Assembly: GCA_048939595.1 (NCBI GenBank) | Contig: JBHLPI010000002.1 | Span: forward strand, 13,058-77,057 | Origin: Promethearchaeota archaeon | GTDB taxonomy: Archaea > Asgardarchaeota > Hermodarchaeia > Hermodarchaeales > Hermodarchaeaceae | DNA: 64,000 nucleotides | Reading direction: 5' to 3' | Shown here: positions 1 through 8,264 of the stretch, piece after piece | Position numbering within the stretch: the stretch's first letter is position 1 | How the letters are laid out: each line of letters begins with the position of its first letter | Notes under the pieces: model-generated | What the model saw: only the letters and a program-made list of their open reading frames with translations | Told to the model about the DNA's origin: nothing | Databases searched by the model: none | Translations under genes and position numbers: made by a program

Positions 1-100
1 TCTTCCTCCTCTTCCTCCTCTTCCTCCTCTTCCTCCTCTTCCTCCTCTTCCTCCTCTTCCTCCTCTTCCTCCTCTTCCTCCTCTTCTTCTTTAGCAAAGG
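1..100. repeat. Tandem 9-nt repeat (TCTTCCTCC)x about 11, in frame; on the minus strand it encodes a poly-Glu tail.
   Basis: Perfect 9-mer periodicity is visible from position 1 to about 90. The minus strand reads GAA/GAG codons only. Confidence 0.9.
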
Positions 101-821
101 GGGTGAGTTTGATGTCTCCTTTCTTGACCTTTAAAAGGTAGAGTTGAGGATTGAAGTCGATTCCCCGCATTTTCTCGATTTGACAGGCGATTTGCCAGCC
201 TTCCTCATTGTAGATTTTGTAGAGGGCAATCACTCCGTCAACGATGTGTTCGAGTCGTCGGAGGTCTTCTTCATCGTGGGCTTCCCTGGCGATGGTGTAC
301 AGAAGAACGTTCCCATGATTTTTCTGAGCACTCATCTGGTAGTGTATATAGCTCATCACTTCATCGGGTTCACGGGCGGCATGAATAATCGAAGTCAAAG
401 AATCTACCACGCCACGTAGATTATTATCTGGCTTCATTGTCACGACAGCTTTGCGAAGCATATCGTGGACTTGCCGTGAATTCCCGAGATCTTGCACTGA
501 AAAATCACTTTCAAGTTCATATTCTCCCCAACCGAAGGCATCCGTGAAAGCGTCGATTCCAATTAACTGTTGGTCTTTTAGTGCACGATCGACATCAATG
601 CCCCTTTTGCGCAGTTGCTCAAATGCAAAATGTAGTGGATATTCGGTGCTAAGGAGATAGGCTAGTTCGCCGTTGTTAAGCCCAGTTGCCAGAAAATTCG
701 AGATGAAGGCATCTGACCGTGTGCCAGTATCAAATTCTAGTAAAACAACGTAACCACGGGGAATGCCACCGCCGAGGGCGTCATCAAGAACTGGGATACC
801 GAGTGGTGTCTTATCCGTCAT
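1..821 (-). CDS. KaiC/RecA-superfamily ATPase-like protein with a degenerate Walker A and a C-terminal poly-Glu tail. The 3' end runs off the window.
   Basis: Manual minus-strand translation from ATG at 819-821 gives MTDKTPLGIPVLDDALGGGIPRGYVVLLEFDTGTRSDAF...KLTPFAKEEEEEE. This matches the KaiC-like fold signature (G.P.G..vl..G..GtGKT), but here it reads GTRSD. The frame is open to coordinate 1. It is absent from the ORF track because no stop lies inside the window. Confidence 0.6.
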   Translation of the reverse strand, partial: MTDKTPLGIPVLDDALGGGIPRGYVVLLEFDTGTRSDAFISNFLATGLNNGELAYLLSTEYPLHFAFEQLRKRGIDVDRALKDQQLIGIDAFTDAFGWGEYELESDFSVQDLGNSRQVHDMLRKAVVTMKPDNNLRGVVDSLTSIIHAAREPDEVMSYIHYQMSAQKNHGNVLLYTIAREAHDEEDLRRLEHIVDGVIALYKIYNEEGWQIACQIEKMRGIDFNPQLYLLKVKKGDIKLTPFAKEEEEEEEEEEEEEEEEEEEEEEEEEEEEE

Positions 822-963
822 GGTTTCCACTAAAATGCCCGAGACAATTCACTGTGAAAAACATTATGGTCTCATTCGTTTGACCCTCATAGAAGTAAGG
901 TTAATTAAGTTACTTTTGTAAGGTCAGAATGCAGTACCTGTCCTGACTGGAGGCTACAGAAAT

Positions 964-1140
964 ATGTCTAAACAGCAATTAACGTGTCCACTATGTGGAA
1001 ACACAATTTTCAGAAAAGAAGAAGGTCGTATGGATAGTAGATGGGGCTTTACTAGCCACAAGATTACCCTCATGATTTGTGAACAGTGCAGATTCGTCAT
1101 GCAGTTTTCGAAAGGTCGATCCATCTTCGACTTCGATTAA
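964..1140 (+). CDS. Small zinc-ribbon protein, 58 aa.
   Basis: The ORF reads MSKQQLTCPLCGNTIFRKEEGRMDSRWGFTSHKITLMICEQCRFVMQFSKGRSIFDFD, with CxxC...CxxC. It falls below the 60-aa cutoff of the ORF track. Confidence 0.45.
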   Translation: MSKQQLTCPLCGNTIFRKEEGRMDSRWGFTSHKITLMICEQCRFVMQFSKGRSIFDFD

Positions 1141-1592
1141 GAATAATCCCGGCTATAGTGCTCGGGATCCTCGACAATATTGTAGCGGTTTCCATCGAGG
1201 TCCTCGAATCCAGCCATCAGGCCACCCCAGGGCATCTCTTCGGGTAACATGAAGAATCGAACCCCCCGCTCTTTCATTTTTTTATAAAATCCATCTATAT
1301 CATGTGTTTCGAAGGTTATCCCCGTATTACGACCAATCTGGTTCAGTTGCCATTCATACATAATCGGATCTGCGTCGGGATTCGGTTCAATTAAAGCAAT
1401 TTTAGCTCGTTCATCATCTGGACCTATTTCCACCCAACCAAACCGTGGAGCATCTAAAATAACAGGAAGTTCCAAAACGTCACGGAAAAACGCTATCGCT
1501 TCTTCTTGGTTCGACACAAACACTCGAACCGTCCAGACTCGATGAATTGCTTTCTTAGATTCTTTGTACTTCGACATAATGACACACCTCAT
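1137..1592 (-). CDS. VOC (glyoxalase/bleomycin-resistance) family protein.
   Basis: The 151-aa ORF shows a typical VOC fold pattern (VRVFVSNQEEAIAFFRDVLELPV...GITFETHDIDGFYKKMKERGVRF...FEDLDGNRYNIVE). An alternative start is MSKYK at 1577. Confidence 0.7.
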   Translation of the reverse strand: MRCVIMSKYKESKKAIHRVWTVRVFVSNQEEAIAFFRDVLELPVILDAPRFGWVEIGPDDERAKIALIEPNPDADPIMYEWQLNQIGRNTGITFETHDIDGFYKKMKERGVRFFMLPEEMPWGGLMAGFEDLDGNRYNIVEDPEHYSRDYS

Positions 1593-1855
1593 ACGCTTCA
1601 GATATTAAGCGACATAACTGTTGCTATTTTGTTCCCCCCGATAAACTCCCTTTATTCCTCGATGATTCTACGCTTGAAGTTATTGAAGAAATTACTTACA
1701 TAGGTAGATAAAGGAAATTATCCTACTTGCCCTCAATAAAACTGATCTTGAAAGTCTTGAAGCTGAAGAAACAAAACTCAGGCAACCGTAAAGACTTTTA
1801 TAGACTAAAACAGGGAATGCGCTGTATACTTTATCTAATGAGGAGGACTAATAAA

Positions 1856-3085
1856 ATGGACTTTGAGTTTTCACAGGATGAACAACTTTTCCGAGATACT
1901 GTCCGGGACTTTGCCCAAAAAGAAATCCGTCCCTATACACGGGAAATGGATGAAACGGGCAAATTACCTAAAGGCCTCGTCAAGAAGATGGCGGATCTTG
2001 GCCTGCTGGGTATCACAATTCCAGAAAAATACGGTGGACCCGACGGGAACTTCATGTTAGCTTGTATTGCTGCTGAAGAACTCGCTCGAGCAGATCTAAG
2101 CATCGCGATTCCAGTATTTTATCTAGTTGAAGCTAGCTGGGCCTCAGTGTTTGCCCGTCACGGCACAGAAGAAGCCAAACAAGAAATTCTCCCGAAAGTT
2201 GCCAAAGGAGAGTACTTCTTCGGTATAGCCACCACTGAACCTGCTGGAGGAAGCGACATTGTGGGTGCAACTAAAACCACGATTGCTGAGAAAGAAGACA
2301 AGTACGTTGTTAACGGCGAAAAAGTCTATATCAGCGGTGTCCGCGAATCTACCACCGAAATGCAAGGGCGCTACTTCACGACAGCCTATCTCGACAAGCA
2401 GGCGTCTCCGAAGCACCGAGGTATCGCTGCATTCATCTTACCCGTCGAAAAAGACATTCCTGGTCTTACCCCAACCCTCTTTGAAGACTGGGGCCGCATG
2501 GGCATCAGCACTGGTGGCTTCGCCATGGACAATGTTGAGATTCCCAAGCATTGGCTTATCGGTGACCCTACTAAAGGTTTCGTATACTCCATGGAGGGCT
2601 TCTCTGCCGCCCGTGTTATCATTGGCGCTACCTGCATCGGCTGCGCCTTAGAAGGCTTGGAAATCGGCATGAACTATATTCGCCAACGCAAAGCCTTTGG
2701 CAAAGAACTCGGCAAATATGAAGGCATCAGCTTTCCCCTCGCCGAATGGTACAGCAAACTCATGGGCGACCGCCTTGTCATGTACAAAGCTGCATGGCTC
2801 ATGGATCAAGTTTACGGTGGCAACTCCAAATACAACCACTTCGACGTCGCCCTCTGGACTGCTATGGCCAAACTCCGCGCCCCCATCGACGCCTTCGCCA
2901 TCCTCAACGAAGTCGCTGATTGGCATGGTGCGTTTGCGTATACGAAGGAGAGCGAATTAGATCTGGGAATTCGCGGAGTCCGTAGCTACTCAATTGGCGC
3001 GGAAGGTGGCATGAACATTATGCGGCTCATAATTGGTCGTGAGCTGCTTGGGAAAGAGTTTGTGCCCTACGATCGTCAGAAATAA
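1856..3085 (+). CDS. Acyl-CoA dehydrogenase.
   Basis: The product starts MDFEFSQDEQLFRDTVRDFAQKEIRPY and continues with ACAD motifs (GGSD, YxxxxR). An AGGAGG Shine-Dalgarno-like sequence sits upstream of ATG 1856. The ORF track extends it to 1727. Confidence 0.85.
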   Translation: MDFEFSQDEQLFRDTVRDFAQKEIRPYTREMDETGKLPKGLVKKMADLGLLGITIPEKYGGPDGNFMLACIAAEELARADLSIAIPVFYLVEASWASVFARHGTEEAKQEILPKVAKGEYFFGIATTEPAGGSDIVGATKTTIAEKEDKYVVNGEKVYISGVRESTTEMQGRYFTTAYLDKQASPKHRGIAAFILPVEKDIPGLTPTLFEDWGRMGISTGGFAMDNVEIPKHWLIGDPTKGFVYSMEGFSAARVIIGATCIGCALEGLEIGMNYIRQRKAFGKELGKYEGISFPLAEWYSKLMGDRLVMYKAAWLMDQVYGGNSKYNHFDVALWTAMAKLRAPIDAFAILNEVADWHGAFAYTKESELDLGIRGVRSYSIGAEGGMNIMRLIIGRELLGKEFVPYDRQK

Positions 3086-3092
3086 GATTCGT

Positions 3093-3125
3093 TGAGTGCA
3101 GTTTCTGCACTCAGTTTCTTTTTTC
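3093..3125 (+). terminator. Hairpin plus T-run downstream of the acyl-CoA dehydrogenase gene.
   Basis: The sequence GAGTGCAGTTTCTGCACTC is followed by AGTTTCTTTTTTCC. Confidence 0.45.
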
Positions 3126-3352
3126 CTGTATGTGTTACGTTTGGGGCTATTCAGGTGTTTTTGAAAATAGCTTCAGGAGATAGTGTTAACAAATTTAGAA
3201 CCTGTTCTAAATGGCTGTTTTCCCTCTCAGTTTATATTTTTATGTGATAGAAACCCCTTAGAAAGTGGATTCGGAACCTTGAGACAGTAAATGGGTGGAA
3301 ATTTCAGGCGAGTATGAATCCTAGCTAGTCTCAGCTGAAGAAAGAACTCTGA

Positions 3353-4330
3353 GTGGTGGCGATGGACGAAGTAGATAAAAACATCATTTTCGAGTTATCA
3401 GTTAATTATAGGGCTTCATATCAGTATATAGCGAAAAAACTCGCTTTATCAGTGAATGCCATCAAGAAGCGAATTCAGAAGCTGAATAGTGATGGCGTAA
3501 TTCTTGGAGGCTGGTTGCACCCAACAAGTTCAATGCTCAACATGGAAGACTGGGTCGCAATCATCCGAACTGAAGATCCAATTCCGTCCGACACGTTCTT
3601 AGATGGATTAGGCGCCCATAAACTCGTTACTTCTGCCAGCATCTTGACTGATGGGAGTATTCTCTGTTTTGGGAGCTATCCTGGGGCAAAGGGGTTAGAG
3701 GAGATTGGTACATTTTTACGCCAGGTTCCAGGGGTTAAATCAGTGGAATTTCATACTATTCTTACTGAGCCAGGAAGACGTTGCGAGTTAACCAAATCTG
3801 ATTTGAAGGTCTTGAAGTGTTTACAGCAAGATCCCCGGATGTCAATTAGTGATTTATCAAAGCAGACGCACTTGACCCCACGAAGAATACGAAAAATAAT
3901 TGATAACCTAATTGGTGAAAATGGGTCTGAGCCAAGCATGTATATCAATTGGGAAGCTAGGGGTGGATGTCGTCCTAGCGAAATATGTTTTAGAATTGAT
4001 GTGCATTGGAATTTGAATGCCGGAGGGCATACAGCGTTTGTCATTATCATACGTCACGAAGAAGGAGTAGAAGCGCGGTCTAAAATTGTGAGTGTTTTAC
4101 AAGACCATTATCCGGTCAGATTTTGGTACGCATATGCATCAGCTTTTGAGCCTGTGATTTTTTGTGTATTTGTAGTAGAGCATATGCGAGAGGCGAGCGA
4201 AATTCTTGAAACGATTAGGCAGACGCCGGAAGCAAAGTCGGCAAATGCCATTTATGGTTATCCAACTCGTAAGTTTCGGAGTCCCATTGATGATTATTTC
4301 GAGGAACTTTTCAAACGTCTTGAGGATTGA
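3353..4330 (+). CDS. Double winged-helix (Lrp/AsnC-like HTH x2) putative transcription regulator, paralog A.
   Basis: An N-terminal HTH (DKNIIFELSVNYRASYQYIAKKLALSVNAIKKRIQKL) and a second HTH (LKVLKCLQQDPRMSISDLSKQTHLTPRRIRKIIDNL) are present. It is clearly paralogous to 5709-6686 (shared DGSIL.F..Y.GAKGL.E.G.FLRQ.PG...VE.HTI). Confidence 0.6.
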   Translation: MVAMDEVDKNIIFELSVNYRASYQYIAKKLALSVNAIKKRIQKLNSDGVILGGWLHPTSSMLNMEDWVAIIRTEDPIPSDTFLDGLGAHKLVTSASILTDGSILCFGSYPGAKGLEEIGTFLRQVPGVKSVEFHTILTEPGRRCELTKSDLKVLKCLQQDPRMSISDLSKQTHLTPRRIRKIIDNLIGENGSEPSMYINWEARGGCRPSEICFRIDVHWNLNAGGHTAFVIIIRHEEGVEARSKIVSVLQDHYPVRFWYAYASAFEPVIFCVFVVEHMREASEILETIRQTPEAKSANAIYGYPTRKFRSPIDDYFEELFKRLED

Positions 4331-4560
4331 AAACGGATTATAAATCCTAGTCATACTTTGTGAAGATGTAAGGAAAGCAAGCGTCGGGAGTGGGTTCCAG
4401 AGGAGGAGGAACAATGCGTTTGATCACTTGAACATCAGATTTGAATATCGCCATTAGCATATTGACCTTACCAAGGAGAAAACCATTAGCAAATTTTTCG
4501 TTCCGTTTTTAAGGGCTTTTTGGGATGGAATCAAACTCATGGTGGATATCATAAAATATC

Positions 4561-5397
4561 CTATTCTAACTTTGTATTAAAACGCCTAATGCGACAATGG
4601 CGAAGAACAAATACTACTCCTAAAAGAAAGGAGAGAACCACAAGTCCAATTCCTAACCAAATGAGCACCATGTTGGAAAAGTCTTCCATCGAGATGATAC
4701 CAAAAATTTGGAAGTTGCTGGCTGTGAGTTCACGAGTGATGCGATATGTGTAGATGGTATGTTGAGAGGCGAGGAGTTCATAGGTATATTTGAGGAGAAT
4801 CCCCTCGGAGTTATGGTAATACCAGTTTTCATTACACTGTTGATAATCGTCGTCAATTGAAATCCATACAATTGATTGAATTTGCCAGCAAGGAAAAGTT
4901 CCGAAGTCTAAGGAAACATGGCTTAAAGAAAGCGTGTAACTCCCAGTATACGTCGGGAGAGTAATGGTTTTCCCGAGTTGCCAAGTGGAAGTGTTGACCA
5001 ATAGAGGCGGTTGGAGAGGGCTTTCAAGCATAGTTCCATTAAGTAGTGTGAACTGCCAAGTTGATCTATTTAGAAGCATCGTGCCTTGTGGGAGATTGCC
5101 ATTGGTTGATGAGATGTCTAGGAGAAAAAATGATTCACCTTGTAATGGACTCACCTCATGTATTGTGAACTGTTCATCCCATTCACCCTGCAAGTCATCG
5201 GTCACATGATACTTGAGGACGAGCCCATCAGGAAATGATGAAAATGCCTTATAACAAGGGAAGAAAGGAACCACCAACATAACAATCATCACAAATATGA
5301 GTCGATTCGTCCCCAATATCCGCATCGTGAATCCTATTAATTTGTAAATTTTCCAGCCAAATAGGTTACTCTTAATAGAAAAATTCATTTTCCCCAA
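4561..5397 (-). CDS. Hypothetical extracellular protein with an N-terminal signal/TM and a C-terminal TM plus basic anchor.
   Basis: The N terminus has a hydrophobic segment (IFVMIVMLVVPFFP). The C terminus reads LIWLGIGLVVLSFLLGVVFVLRHCRIRRF. Confidence 0.45.
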   Translation of the reverse strand: MGKMNFSIKSNLFGWKIYKLIGFTMRILGTNRLIFVMIVMLVVPFFPCYKAFSSFPDGLVLKYHVTDDLQGEWDEQFTIHEVSPLQGESFFLLDISSTNGNLPQGTMLLNRSTWQFTLLNGTMLESPLQPPLLVNTSTWQLGKTITLPTYTGSYTLSLSHVSLDFGTFPCWQIQSIVWISIDDDYQQCNENWYYHNSEGILLKYTYELLASQHTIYTYRITRELTASNFQIFGIISMEDFSNMVLIWLGIGLVVLSFLLGVVFVLRHCRIRRFNTKLE

Positions 5398-5708
5398 GCA
5401 AGGCTTTTAGTTCAAAAATTGGAGTGGTTCGCATCCACCTTCTAGGTGTTTACTATGGCAAAGATGAACTCGTAAATACCTGGTATTGGCATGCTTCTTT
5501 TACCAATCTGTGCAATCATCATTGCGGATGTCTTTATCTTCGATTTCTGGTTCCTAAGCGATTACCAGATTGGCGTCGTCTTCCTTTTCATTGGTTGCAT
5601 CATGATGGCACCCCCAATCTTGTAAGGAAAAAAGTAGCCAGAGTCAAGTCTGTTTTCTTGAGTATAAGTTCACCTAGACTCTCTTCTTCTCTTTTTTAAA
5701 GAATAGAT

Positions 5709-6686
5709 TTAGATATTTGCGTTGGCAATCATTTCATCGATCATTGATTCGCGTAATCCAATATATTTACGGAGTGGATAGCTGACCCATATCTCAATTT
5801 TTGAGAGGTTGGGCGCTTTCCGTATTACGGGCAATATCTTCTCTGATTCACGAATGTGATTTATAATAAAAACGCAATAGATTATTGGCTCAGTCGCCGC
5901 TACAAAGGAAAACCAGAATTCGAGGGGGAAATGCTTCTTGAAATATTGTACAATTTCTTCTGGTGAACCTTTGCCTTCTGCCCAGTTTGTCCGAACTACA
6001 AAGGCATTGCCACCACCTGCGTTCAGATCCCAGTATATCCGAAAGTGGAGGGCGGCCTTTGACCGTTGGATGTCTGGTTTGTAGTCTTTATCAACAAGAG
6101 TTTCGATGGGTGTTCCCACTTTCCCGTGAAATTCTTGGATGATGTCTCGAACTTTGCGTGGGGATAATGCGCTCTGTTCTGAGATTTTAGAGATGGGCAT
6201 CCGAGCATCCTCTCGAAGGGATTTTAGGACCTTTAGGTGATTGATAGTCATCGGAATTTTTTGCCCACGATCCGCGATGATAGTGTGAATTTCTACGTTT
6301 GTTATGCCAGGTAATTGCCGAAGAAACCCACCTAGTTCAGAGAGCCCCTTTGCCCCGATATATTCGGCGAAAACGAGAATTGATCCATCAGAGAGATATC
6401 CAGCACTAAATACTGAGGGATGGGCACCAATATGGTCAAGATAATCAGGACTAAAATGGGAATCAGCTAGGGTTAATCGGGCAAGAAGCCATTCAGCGCC
6501 CATCATGGCCAAACTGAGATACACGTAATAACGTTGGATCACACCATCATCCTGCATCTTCAGAACTCGTTTCTTGACCGCGTTGACAGTCAGATTAAGG
6601 CGATTCGCTATAATTTGGTAAGTTACTCGGCAATTCGTTGCTAACTCAAGAAGGATGCTTTTATCAATAATATCCAAGGAAGACAC
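5709..6686 (-). CDS. Double winged-helix (Lrp/AsnC-like HTH x2) putative regulator, paralog B.
   Basis: The sequence MSSLDIIDKSILLELATNCRVTYQIIANRLNLTVNAVKKRVLKMQDDGVI is classic Lrp/AsnC N-terminal HTH. A second HTH is LKVLKSLREDARMPISKISEQSALSPRKVRDIIQEF. Confidence 0.6.
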   Translation of the reverse strand: MSSLDIIDKSILLELATNCRVTYQIIANRLNLTVNAVKKRVLKMQDDGVIQRYYVYLSLAMMGAEWLLARLTLADSHFSPDYLDHIGAHPSVFSAGYLSDGSILVFAEYIGAKGLSELGGFLRQLPGITNVEIHTIIADRGQKIPMTINHLKVLKSLREDARMPISKISEQSALSPRKVRDIIQEFHGKVGTPIETLVDKDYKPDIQRSKAALHFRIYWDLNAGGGNAFVVRTNWAEGKGSPEEIVQYFKKHFPLEFWFSFVAATEPIIYCVFIINHIRESEKILPVIRKAPNLSKIEIWVSYPLRKYIGLRESMIDEMIANANI

Positions 6687-6876
6687 CTTATTTTCTAGGC
6701 ACCTGAATTGAAATTGTTCGAATGCTTTAGCAAGTTGTATGACCGAGTGTTCCTAGGTAAGCCGATGTTCCTAATTCAGCCACGTATACTTCTTGCACAC
6801 TTAGGTTTAATCCTTTTGACCTCTAAGCACTTTCAGCATGTTATGGTGAAAAGAAAAATACAGGAAAAAAAATCAG

Positions 6877-6994
6877 CCGGGTCTTCAAGGTTTCCCCTCC
6901 ATTTCGGCACTTCCCGGTCCGGTTCGCATGGGTGGCAAAGGACCTTTAAGGACAACGGATTCGGAGTTTTCGTCCGGTCACCGTGAAGACCCGG
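6877..6994 (-). ncRNA. Stem-enclosed structured element of about 118 nt, followed on the minus strand by an oligo-T run at 6865-6872. It is either a structured 3' region or a ncRNA downstream of small ORF 1.
   Basis: CCGGGTCTTCA at 6877-6887 pairs with TGAAGACCCGG at 6984-6994, an 11-bp long-range helix. The element is GC-rich, and the T8 run follows immediately on the minus strand. Confidence 0.3.
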
Positions 6995-7060
6995 CTAAGG
7001 TCAGCGTCCAAGGCCTGAATCATCAGTGCGTCAGTGTCGATCCCTAGATAGTAAGTGTGA

Positions 7061-7186
7061 TTAGCGTCGTGAAGTAACGACGGCGAAATTGATTCGATCA
7101 CGGGGAGTGCCCTTTGGGTTTTTAGCGCCAGTCACAGCACGTTCTGCGACAGCCATTTTGGTGAGTTTGGATTTCTTATCGGTCAT
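7061..7186 (-). CDS. Small basic protein of 41 aa, copy 1 of a duplicated pair.
   Basis: Manual translation gives MTDKKSKLTKMAVAERAVTGAKNPKGTPRDRINFAVVTSRR. It aligns with copy 2 (KL..M...ERAV.G..NP......R...AV), and the indels between copies are multiples of 3. Confidence 0.4.
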   Translation of the reverse strand: MTDKKSKLTKMAVAERAVTGAKNPKGTPRDRINFAVVTSRR

Positions 7187-7364
7187 TTTCTATCACCGTC
7201 CTGACGATGCAGGACAATGATACCTAACCCCAAAATTGCATATTATTCGATGGGAGCTTCTGAGTGCAAAAATCCGACAAAATAACTGAGACTCTGCCAA
7301 CTTTTGCACTGAGTGGTGCAAAAATCAGGAATTAACTCCTAAAGAGAATAAGATGGGAATAATC

Positions 7365-7480
7365 GGGCCTACAGGAGCTCCTGACCACATGAGCCAGTGG
7401 ATTAAACAGCCCATTACTGAATCGCACCAGCACCAATCGCCCAGCAACGGGTAAAGTGGCGAGTGGAGTTTAGTAGGCCC
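7365..7480 (-). ncRNA. Second stem-enclosed element of about 116 nt, downstream of small ORF 2 on the minus strand.
   Basis: GGGCCTAC at 7366-7373 pairs with GTAGGCCC at 7473-7480. On the minus strand it is followed by CTGATTTTT and a hairpin (GTGCAAAA/TTTTGCAC) at 7271-7325. Confidence 0.25.
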
Positions 7481-7542
7481 AATTGATATGGCTGTAAGGG
7501 ATTTCTGGTGATCGTTTCTCCACCATGAAAATTCCTCACAGA

Positions 7543-7683
7543 CTAACGTCGACTGAGGACCAACATCACTGCATATCGAGTCCGGGGCTTAGCCACAGGA
7601 TGTGGGTTGCGGCAGCCTGCCACAGCACGCTCCGTTGCCGACATTTCTGCTAGTTTCTTTCGTTTGTGTTCGGATTTGGCCAT
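7543..7683 (-). CDS. Small basic protein of 46 aa, copy 2 of the duplicated pair.
   Basis: The product is MAKSEHKRKKLAEMSATERAVAGCRNPHPVAKPRTRYAVMLVLSRR. It shares the upstream motif AGCTCCCATCGA(A/T)T with copy 1, 60-90 nt 5' of the ATG on the minus strand. Confidence 0.4.
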   Translation of the reverse strand: MAKSEHKRKKLAEMSATERAVAGCRNPHPVAKPRTRYAVMLVLSRR

Positions 7684-7964
7684 TTAAAATCCCTCCAATT
7701 GTGTTTCGCCAGGATCCCTAATATGAATCCCAGAGCAAATGAAAATGGGAATCTGTGTGCTATGAATCGATGGGAGCTAAATAGTTCAAAAATAAGAAGA
7801 AATCAGATGATAAACTGGGAATTTTGAATACATGAATTCAAGATTAAGCAAAAAAATTTCTGTTTCTATTGAAAATTTAACCAATCACTACCAGTTTGTT
7901 ACAAAGTCTGTTGTGTTAAACCTTTTAAGCAGTTTGAAGCAATAGGTTAAGAAGAGGGATTTTC

Positions 7965-8099
7965 ATGTCAACGTGGACACCTTGGCAGCCACCCCCAGTT
8001 GCATGGACAAGTTGGGGTGAAATTTTCATCCTGGTAATGCTGATTATCATCCTAATATTTCTCATAATCACGTGGTTTAAACCACCAAAATCGACCTAG
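7965..8099 (+). CDS. Possible 44-aa single-TM small protein.
   Basis: The ORF reads MSTWTPWQPPPVAWTSWGEIFILVMLIIILIFLIITWFKPPKST and is preceded by GAGGG. It has low complexity. Confidence 0.2.
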   Translation: MSTWTPWQPPPVAWTSWGEIFILVMLIIILIFLIITWFKPPKST

Positions 8100-8264
8100 C
8101 AATTCCGAACTAAAAGATGACGCAAATCCTAAGGAGGGGTTTGCCAGACAAATGCCCTCCGACCCCTTATTTTTTAGAACCTATCTTCTATAATTCCTAT
8201 CTTGAGATGTCAACCACAGAGATATTTATAATTAGAGAAACAAGATACCAAAGGAGGGTTTTCG

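Noticed and set aside
144-660. Plus-strand ORFs 144-419 and 451-660 from the ORF track.
   Set aside because: They are antisense to a well-supported KaiC-like coding frame on the minus strand. Their products are low-complexity and unlike any known protein.
2144-2960. Several ORFs of 87-130 aa on both strands inside 1856-3085.
   Set aside because: They lie entirely within the acyl-CoA dehydrogenase gene. Their Ala/Pro/Ser/Arg-rich translations are typical of out-of-frame reads of a GC-richer coding region.
6708-6986. Plus-strand 92-aa ORF covering the structured element.
   Set aside because: The region behaves as a structured element with a terminator on the opposite strand. The product has no protein-like features.
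6877-6994. Possible SRP RNA or RNase P RNA.
   Set aside because: I could not find the conserved SRP helix-8 motifs or RNase P P4/CR-I motifs by eye. The length of about 118 nt is too short for either.
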